The position numbers were made by a program, and so were the translations under genes. A DNA stretch of 64,000 nt from an uncultured Verrucomicrobiota bacterium. GTDB lineage: Bacteria; Verrucomicrobiota; Verrucomicrobiia; Limisphaerales; UBA9464. Every line of letters starts with the position of its first letter. Within the stretch, counting starts at the first letter, position 1. This document shows, in pieces, positions 54,364 to 63,100 of the stretch. Under the pieces are notes generated by a model. The model worked only from the letters and a program-made list of their open reading frames with translations, did not search any database and was not told where the DNA came from. Where the stretch lies: assembly GCA_903854475.1 (NCBI GenBank), contig CAINWP010000064.1, positions 5,590 through 69,589 of the forward strand. The letters are read 5' to 3'.

Positions 54364-55623
54364 ATGACCGCCCTTCCTCCATCGGGTTCGCGCGGTGCCG
54401 TCTGGAAGTGGTCGGTGTGCGGGATGTTGTTGCTGGCTTCGGCCATCAATTACATGGACCGGCAGACGTTGTCTGGGCTGTCGGTGCGAATTACTCAGGA
54501 GTTTGCCATGACCAAGACCCAGTATGGTCAGGTCGAGGCGGTCTTCGGTTATTCCTTCGCCGCGGGATCTTTGGTTTTCGGGTGGATGGCCGATCGCTTT
54601 GCGGTGCACCGCGTTTATGCCGCCGTGCTGGCGCTCTGGTCGCTGGTCGGGATGAGCACGGGTTGGGCTCAAAATCATCAGGACTTGCTGATTTTTCGCG
54701 GTCTGCTCGGTTTTTTTGAGGCCGGGCATTGGCCCTGCGCGGTGCGTATCACCCGTTCGCTGCTCGATGAGCGACAGCGCTCGCTGGGCAATGGCCTGCT
54801 GCAAAGTGGCGCGACTGTTGGGGCGATCCTCACCCCCTTGGTATTGCCATTGTTGCTCGGAGTCGGATCTGCCGACGGTACGGGTGCCTGGCGTCCTCCG
54901 TTTTTCTTGTTGGGTGCGGTCGGGTTGCTGTGGCTGATCCCATGGTTTGCCTTGGTGCGTTCCGGTGATTTGCGTTCCGGGGCGGAATGCATGGCGGCGT
55001 CAGGATCCTCGGCCACGCCTTTTCTGAAAGTGCTCTTCAGCGGTCGGATGCTGGCGGTTATTGGGGTGGTGGCCTGCATCAACACGACCTGGCAGGTGCT
55101 GCGGGCTTGGTTGCCGATGTTCTTGCAGAAGGGAAGGGGGTATTCCGAGACTGAGGCGCTTCACTTCAACTCAGCGTTCTTCGCGGCGGCCGATGTGGGG
55201 TGCCTGGCGGCCGGTGCTCTTGCGGTGGCCCTGGCCCGTCGAGGTCGGACACCCTCGGGAGCTCGGTTCCTCGTGTTTGCCGGCTGCGCCCTCTTGTGCT
55301 GTGGGACAGTCGCGGTGCCTTGGTTGGGGCGCGGGCCTTGGCTAATGGTCGTGTTGTTGGCCATCGCCGCGGGAGCGCTCGGGGTTTTTCCTTTGTACCA
55401 TACCTTCACGCAGGATCTTTCCGAGCATCATCAAGGTAAGGTCACCGGAGCCGCAGGCGTTGCGGCCTGGATCCTTCCGGCCCAAGCCCAAATGCTTTTC
55501 GGTATGTCGGCTGACCGCCTGGGAACGATGGATCCCGGTCTGGTGGCAGCCGGGCTTCTCCCCATTCTGGCTTTGCCTCCGCTTTGGTACCTTCATCGAC
55601 TCAAGACACGAACCCTCCCATGA
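54364..55623 (+). CDS. MFS transporter
   Basis: The ATG at 54364 lies 5 nt after the upstream stop. About 12 TM segments. 'INYMDRQTLSGLSVRI' and 'GWMADRF' are typical of the anion:cation-symporter-like MFS branch. Confidence 0.85.
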   Translation: MTALPPSGSRGAVWKWSVCGMLLLASAINYMDRQTLSGLSVRITQEFAMTKTQYGQVEAVFGYSFAAGSLVFGWMADRFAVHRVYAAVLALWSLVGMSTGWAQNHQDLLIFRGLLGFFEAGHWPCAVRITRSLLDERQRSLGNGLLQSGATVGAILTPLVLPLLLGVGSADGTGAWRPPFFLLGAVGLLWLIPWFALVRSGDLRSGAECMAASGSSATPFLKVLFSGRMLAVIGVVACINTTWQVLRAWLPMFLQKGRGYSETEALHFNSAFFAAADVGCLAAGALAVALARRGRTPSGARFLVFAGCALLCCGTVAVPWLGRGPWLMVVLLAIAAGALGVFPLYHTFTQDLSEHHQGKVTGAAGVAAWILPAQAQMLFGMSADRLGTMDPGLVAAGLLPILALPPLWYLHRLKTRTLP

Positions 55624-56897
55624 ACACGGCCCTCTCCCGCAGACAGTTCCTCGCCACCGCCGGTACCGTCGCCGGAACGACCGTCCTGGCACCTGCGGTT
55701 TGGGCCTCGAAGAGAGCGAGACCTGCCCGTAAGAAGATCGCCTTGATTGCCACGGAGGTGCGCTTGCACTCCCATGCCCAGCATTTCATCGATCGGCTTC
55801 TCTTGGGCTATGTCTGGGAGGGAGGGTGGCGGAAACCGGAGGTGGATTTGGTGTCGTTGTACGTCGACCAGTTCCCGGAAAAGGATCTGGCCCGGGGGAC
55901 GGCAGCCCGTCATGGCGTTCCCATCTTTTCGAGCATCGCCGAGGCGCTGACGTTGGGGACCGGTCGGTTGGCCGTCGATGGCGTGGTTATTATCGGCGAG
56001 CACGGTCAGTATCCCAAAACCGACCTGGGTCAGACGCTCTATCCTCGGTACCGATTCTTTAAGGAGGTGGTCCGGGTGTTTGAAACTTCGGGTCGCAGCG
56101 TGCCCGTGTTCAACGACAAGCACCTCTCTACCAATTGGCGTGAATGCGTAGAAATGGTGGAGGACGCCCGCCGCCTTAAGTTCCCGTTTCAGGCGGGTTC
56201 TTCGCTGCCGGTCACCAAACGAATGCCGCCCACGGAAATGCCCTTGGGCACTCCGCTGTCGGAAAGCCTTGTTGCCGCCTACGGAGGGGCCGATAGCTAC
56301 GACATCCATGGCTTGGAGACCGCGCAATGCATGTCGGAGCGGCGCAAGGGCGGCGAAGTGGGGATTCGTCGAGTCCACGGGCTCCGGGGAGCGGCCTTTT
56401 GGGAGGCGTTGAGTCGCAGGGATTCCACTCGGCGTCTCTTGGAGGCAGCGTTGGTTCGCAGCCACAACCTGCCGGTCCGCGACGGCTATCCTTCAGCCCC
56501 GGTGAGTCTGGACTGGGCTCGGGAAGTCTTCCCAGAGGCCTGGGGCTACTTCATCGATCATCGCGATGGGTTCCGGACCACCTTGGCGATGCTCGCCATC
56601 CGCGACTTCAACTATGCGGGTCTGAATGCCAAAACAGGGCAAATCACCTCGTGCCAGATGTACTTGCCGATGCCCACTCACGGGTCGTCCACGGCCGACT
56701 TCTTCAATCCGCAAATTCGCCACATCGAACGGATGGTTGTGGAGCGTCGCCAACCTTATCCGTTGGAGCGCACCTTGCTCACCTCAGGAATGACTTTGGC
56801 GGGGGTAGAATCCCTGCATCGGGGCCAACCCGTCGAGACCCCGGAGATGGCCGTCCGCTACCGGGTTGGGGACGAATCCTTTTTCTGGAGAGATTGA
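55620..56897 (+). CDS. Tat-signal hypothetical protein (425 aa), possibly a Gfo/Idh/MocA-like fold
   Basis: ATGA overlap with the MFS stop. 'MNTALSRRQFLATAGTVAGTTVLAPAVWA' is a twin-arginine leader. The rest is non-repetitive. The fold guess ('KIALIATEV...', 'DGVVIIGEHGQYP') is weak. Confidence 0.65.
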   Translation: MNTALSRRQFLATAGTVAGTTVLAPAVWASKRARPARKKIALIATEVRLHSHAQHFIDRLLLGYVWEGGWRKPEVDLVSLYVDQFPEKDLARGTAARHGVPIFSSIAEALTLGTGRLAVDGVVIIGEHGQYPKTDLGQTLYPRYRFFKEVVRVFETSGRSVPVFNDKHLSTNWRECVEMVEDARRLKFPFQAGSSLPVTKRMPPTEMPLGTPLSESLVAAYGGADSYDIHGLETAQCMSERRKGGEVGIRRVHGLRGAAFWEALSRRDSTRRLLEAALVRSHNLPVRDGYPSAPVSLDWAREVFPEAWGYFIDHRDGFRTTLAMLAIRDFNYAGLNAKTGQITSCQMYLPMPTHGSSTADFFNPQIRHIERMVVERRQPYPLERTLLTSGMTLAGVESLHRGQPVETPEMAVRYRVGDESFFWRD

Positions 56898-57119
56898 GCC
56901 AGAGGGTTGGGGGTCGGTGTTGTTGGGGAATCCAATGAATGGAACGGACCGGCGAGGCGGAAGGTTCCATGAGTGACTCCAAATGTGAGGAATGTTACGC
57001 ATTCGTCACCGCATGTTTGAATTTGCACGGAAGCTGCTGGTCGCTGGCACAGCCCTGTTCAAACGTCGTTTGCCTTAGGGTTCTAAACGGGTGTGCGGCT
57101 GTAATCGGGGTATCAAATT

Positions 57120-60100
57120 ATGAACTGGAAGTTTCAAACGGGTGCGACCTTGGGTCGCTGGGTGTTGATGGCGATCCTGGGCTGGCTGCCGGTTCACGGC
57201 GGTACCCTCTTACGGGAGGTGTTTAGTGACATTCCAGGTGTCACCCTCGATGCGCTCACCAACAGCCCTGCCTATCCCAATAAGCCGACTTCCACGAACA
57301 TCATCACGGATTTCTTCGAGGCTCCCACCGATGTGGCCGAGGATTATGGTCAACGGTTGCGGGGCATCTTCACGGCTCCACTGAGTGGCAAGTACACCTT
57401 CTGGATCGCTGCCGATGACTACGCCGGACTGTTCCTGAGTACCGACGCCGGTCCGGATAAGGCCCGATGGATCGCCGGGGTCCTGGGTTGGACTCCTCCA
57501 CGCCAGTGGGACAGCCTGCCCGAGCAGAAAAGCGCCCCGATCACCTTGGTTGCGGGTTCTCGCTATTACATTGAAGCCCTCCAGAAAGAAGGCGGCGGCG
57601 GGGACAATTTGGCGGTCCGATGGGTGCGCCCAGACGGAGTGGACGAGGGGCCCATTCCTCTCGACCACTTTGTCGCCTGGGGTCTGAAGCCCGAGGCGCC
57701 GCGAATTTCCCAACAACCCGTGGCGCTGACGGTCGACGAACGCGGTTCAGCCACTTTCACCGTGGCGTACGACAACCCCGGTGGGGCCGATGTGTTCTGG
57801 AAGCGGGGCGGTACCCTCATTCCCAATGCCACGGGCGCGAGTTACACGTTGGATCCGGTGCGTTGGGCGGATAATGACGCTTCATTCCAAGCCTTTCTGA
57901 CCAATGCCTTAGGTTCTACCCAGTCCGTCGCGGTGACCTTGACGGTAACCCCCGACACGGTCGCTCCGGAGGTTCGGCGAGTGTACAATGTGGGGCTGAC
58001 CAATGTGGTCATCGAGTTCAGCGAAGCCGTGACGATTCCTGCGGGAGCGGTGAGTGACGCCTTTCGAATCGATGGTGGGGTGAGCGTTCAATCAGCGGCG
58101 TTGGGAACTAATCCGACGCTGCTCGTTTTGGAGGTGAGCGGGCTCGTAGAATCCACCCGATACCGGCTCACCCTCAATGGCATTCGTGACCAGTCGGCGC
58201 GTGCCAATGCGTTAATTTCCAACACCGAGCGTGAGTTTTTCACGACCGAATTGTTTCCGGTGAATCTGGGCGGCAACGACGCCCGTGCCACGCTGGTTCA
58301 ATGGGTCTCCCGAGGTGGTTTTGATGTTTCGGCCCGCGGTGGGGACATTAGCGGCACGACCGACTCGGCCGGATTCGCCGCACAGTCGCTGACCGGCAAC
58401 TTCGACCTTCGGGTGCGCGTGGACGGGCTCACCGTCACCGACCCTTACATGACGGCTGGATTAGTCATCCGCTCCAGTGCGGACGCCAATGCGACCTTCG
58501 CCGGAGCCTTTGCTGGATCGCCCTCCGTGGGTTGCTTCTTTCGCAATCGCCCTTCCAGCGGCGCCAATGCCCCAATGACCGCACCCCGGGGTGGGTATCC
58601 GGTGAATTACCCGCAGACATGGCTGCGACTGCGCCGCGCTGGGACGTCTCTCGCCGGATTTGGTTCCTTCGACGGTACCAACTGGACCGCGCTGGGGTCC
58701 GCGTCCATTTCCATGCCCAATACGGTGCAAGTGGGTCTGACTGTGGGCGGACGCGATACCAATGCCGTCGCAGTGGTGCGGTTCCGCGACTACGGCACCG
58801 TGTCCGAAGCCAATGAGGTGATGTATCAGCCTCAACGGGAAGGGTTAGGACTTTCCAGTCGGCGGACTCGGATCGTCTTCAGTGAAATTCAGTACCATCC
58901 GCAGACGCTTCCGGGGAGCCCTGGGTTGGAGTTCGTCGAGCTTTACAATGCAGGGGATGTGTTTGAGGACCTTTCCCGCTGGAAGATCGAAGGGACCGTC
59001 CGCTTCCAGTTTCCGGAAGGATTCCGTCTGGGGGCTGGTCAGTTTGTGGTCGTGGCCAAGGATCCGGCCGCTTTGATGGAACGTCATGGGATTCGGGATG
59101 TTCTGGGCCCCTATTCGGGCAGTTTCAATGAATCGGGAGGACCACTCGAATTACGGGATGAGATGGGCGCTCAGAAGTTGGCGACCGATTTCGGAACCCG
59201 TGACCCTTGGCCTGTCGCCGCCGATGGTTCGGGGCACTCTCTGGTCTTGGCCAACCCCAGCTATGGCGAGGCCGATCCGCGCGCCTGGACTATCAGCGCC
59301 GTCCGCGGTGGGAATCCAGGCCAGATGGACACCCTGCCACCCCTGGATCCCGCTTCAAAAGTGGTGATCAATGAAGTGCTGGTCCATACCGACCTGCCTC
59401 AACTCGACACGGTGGAGCTTTACAATGGCAGCACCCAACCGGCGGACGTGTCGGGCTGTGTATTGACCGATGATGTTCGTACCAACCGGTTCCGGATCCC
59501 GGCCGGCACGGTGTTGGCACCGGGAGGGTTTCTGGTGCTGGACGAGAAGGTTCTGGGTTTTCGGTTGAGCGCCGCCGGCGAGAGCGTTTGGTTGATGAGT
59601 TCCAATGGAATGCGGGTCCTCGATGTTGTTCGCTTTGGGGCTCAGGAAAATGGCGTGGCTTCGGGTCGTACGCCCGACGGGGCTTCGGGTTGGAGACGAT
59701 TGGAATCCTTTACCCCTGGAAAGGCCAATGCGCCGCGCCGGGTCGAGGACGTGGTGCTCAATGAGATCATGTACCATCCCATCTCGGACGATGACGTTGA
59801 TGAGTTTGTCGAAGTGCACAATCGATCTTCCCAACCGGTGGATTTAGCCGGTTGGCGTTTGGAACAGGGGGTCTCGTACACGTTCCCGGCGGGTGCTTCG
59901 ATTCCGGGCGGGGGGTATGTGGTTGTGGGTCGGAATGTGGAACGCCTCCGAGCCAACCACACTCCATTGACTGCCGCCAATTCCTTCGGCAATTGGTCGG
60001 GTTCGCTGCGGAATTCCGGGGAGCGGTTGTCCTTGTCCAAGCCAGACCTAATTCTGAGTACCAACTCGGTGGGGCAGGTGTCCAGTGACACGATTCACAT

Positions 60101-63100
60101 CGAAGTTTCGGCGGTGGATTATCGGGATGCGGGGCGCTGGGGCCAATGGTCTGGCGGCGGCGGTTCCTCTATGGAATTGGTGGATCCTCGCGCCGATCCC
60201 CTCCGGGCTTCCAGTTGGGCGGATTCGGATGAAACCGCCAAGGGCGAGTGGCAGCAGTTCACCCTGACCGACACCCTACGCTTCAGTACCCAGCCTGCCT
60301 CGCGTTTGCAGTTGGGCATGTTGGGGGCGGGGGAATGCCTTTTGGATCAGTTGGAAGTTCTTAATGCTGCCGGAACCCTCATCGTGACCAACGGTGGGTT
60401 CGAGGTGGGCTCAGGCACCGCTGCCAATGGGTGGTCGTTCTTGGGTCATCACCGCCGCTCACGAATCGAATCGACCGGAGCCTTTGATGGAAGTCGTGTT
60501 TTGCACGTCATCGCGCCGGGCGATTTGGACGCAGGTCGGAACTGCATCCGCGCTCCGATATCTGGGGGGCTGAATGATGGGGCCCGAATGACCTTGCGGG
60601 TGCGCGCCCGATGGCAGGCGGGGTGGCCGGAAGTGCTGTTCCGGACCCGCGGTGGCGGATTCGAAATGACCGCTCGTTTGCAAGTGCCCCGCAACCTGGG
60701 CACACCGGGATTGCCCAATAGCCGCAAGGTCAACAATGCCGGTCCGTCCATCGATCTGGTTCGTCACACGCCGGCAGTTCCCGCAGCCGGGCTACCCGTG
60801 GTCGTCACGGCACGGGTCTCCGATGCGGACGGGCTGAGTTCGGTGAGTTTGCGTTTCCGCACCGTCGAGACGGCGGCTTTCTCTTCGGTGGCCATGCGTG
60901 ACGATGGTGCCGGAGGCGACGCTCTTGCGGGCGACGGCATTTGGTCGGGCACCTTGAATGGTCGGGGTTCGGGTGAATTGGTGCAGTTCATTGTCGAGGC
61001 CTTTGACAATGCCACGTCCACGGCCTCGAGCATTTTCCCGTCAGGAACGGTTTACGCCGGTTTACCTGCGGTCAGCGGAGCCAATATCCGCTGGGGTGAT
61101 CCAGTGCCTACGGGCACTTTCAACCATGTCCACGCGTGGTTGACCTCCTCCCAGAATACTTGGCTCAGCAACGGTCAGGATTCGTCGCTCGTGGGTGGTC
61201 TCGACAATACCTTTCGCGATTGCACCCTCGTCCATGGCAACTTGCGCGTGATTTACAACGCCGGGATCCGCCGCAAGGGAAGCCCCTTTACTGGACAGGC
61301 CGATTACGCCCTGACAGTCCCCGGTGACGACCTGCTGTTGGGAACCCGGGACCGGGTCTACGGGTTGACGGGCAATGGCGGTGAAGAGGAGACCCGGATG
61401 CGCAACCAGATCGCCAACTGGATCGCCCGCAAAATGGGGGTGCCCTACCTGAACACCGCTTACATGCGGTTCTACCGCAACGGATCCCCGTTTGGTAGCG
61501 TGTGTGAGGATTTGGAACAGCCCTCGAATGAATACGCCGAGTCGTGGTATCCGGACGGCGGTTCGGGCGATTTGCGCAAGGTGGCCTTCGCCTTCGAATT
61601 TGACGATTCCGGAGGGTTCGAGCCAACGGGCGCCGATCTGGGCGTCTATCGGAATCCCAATGGTCAGTACAATCTCTCGAGGTACCGCTTCACTTGGCAG
61701 GGTCGGCCGACCGGGACCACCGCCAACGACTTTACCAACTTCTTCGCGATGGTCACCGCGGCCAACGATCGCACCGCGAACTTCGTCCCAAACTTGCTCA
61801 ACATCGCCGACATTAATCAATGGATGCGCAGTTTCGCCCTCGATGGGTGCTTGGGGAACTGGGACACGTGGGGAACAGGTAATTCGCAGAACAAGTACAT
61901 TTATTTCCAGCCGGGAGGCCGGTGGCGAATCCTGCCCTGGGACATGGACTGGGTTCTGGGAGTGGGAGACCCGACCAATCGACGTCTCTTTGGTGGCAAC
62001 GATGGCGCGGTCAATGTGATGTTTGATACGCCGATTTTCCAACGCATGGCCTGGCGGGCTTATCAAGAAGCCGTCTCGGGTCCATTGACTGCCGCTCAAT
62101 ACCAACCCCAGTTCACCGCACGGAGTGCTGCGTTGTCTTTCAACGGGGTCACGGGCATTTCCTCGCCCACCCTCATCGGTAGCTATTTGAACGGTCGGCG
62201 GACCTATCTCAACACTCAGATCACGGCCTCTGACGCCAAGGCCTTTGCCATTACCACCAGTGGCGGGAATAATTTTACGTCGACGACTCCGGTGGCGGTC
62301 ATTGATGGCACGGCGCCCTTCGCGACCGCAGCCATCGAGGTTAACGGAATTCCCATGCCGCTAGAGTGGACCTCCCCTCAGGTCTTCCGCATTCGAGTGC
62401 CGCTGGTGGGTGTCACCAATGTGTTGAGTTTGGTCGCGGTCCGGGCCGATGGCACGCCGCTGCCGGGGATGACCAAATCGGTGACGGTTCGATATACGGG
62501 AGTGATTCAGCAGGTGGCTGATTATGTGGGAATTAACGAGATCCACTACAATCCGCTGGAGCCGGGTGCGTCCTTTGTTGAGATCTTCAACCGATCGCTG
62601 TCTACGTCGTTCGATCTCTCTGGATGCCGCCTCAACGGGGTGGGTTACACCTTTCCGGAGGGTTCTGTCATCCCCCCGGCCACCTATTGGGTTTTGGTTC
62701 GCGATCGGGCCGCAGTGGTCCTCGCCTATGGCGCTGGGGTTCGAGTCTTCGATGAATTTGCCGGTTCTCTGGACAACGGGGGTGAACGTTTGTCGTTGGT
62801 CCGTGCGTCGGCCACCAATGAGGTAGTGCTGAGTGAAGTTCGCTACGACAACTCCTTGCCATGGCCGTCGCTGGCCGATGGTCTGGGCTCGTCGCTCCAA
62901 CGCATCGATGCATCCCAATCTTCTTGGAGGGTGGGCAATTGGATGGCCGCCCAGACCAATGCCGTCAATCGAGTGACACCGGGCAAGATCAATGCGAGCT
63001 CGGGTGGCTTGGCGAGTATTCCGCCCGCATGGATCAACGAAGTGCTCCCGGCTAATATCAAGGGTCCTCGTGACAATGCGGGCGATGCGGATCCCTATGT

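Noticed and set aside
18870-56465. Other long antisense or shadow ORFs: 18870-19631, 21972-22754, 24604-25590, 27654-28457, 36494-37282, 39380-40324, 41270-42004, 53018-53806 and 55593-56465 (all minus strand).
   Set aside because: Each lies fully inside or opposite a gene with clear family motifs. None has motifs of its own. Such open antisense frames are expected at ~60% GC.
56939-57226. A 95-aa plus-strand ORF upstream of and overlapping the start of the giant gene.
   Set aside because: It is in a different frame from the long open frame starting at 57120, has no motifs, and is Cys-rich and odd in composition. It is likely spurious.
61062-62105. A 347-aa minus-strand ORF inside the giant gene.
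   Set aside because: It is antisense to the CotH-like core of the long plus-strand frame. Its composition is skewed and it has no motifs, so I treat it as a high-GC artefact.
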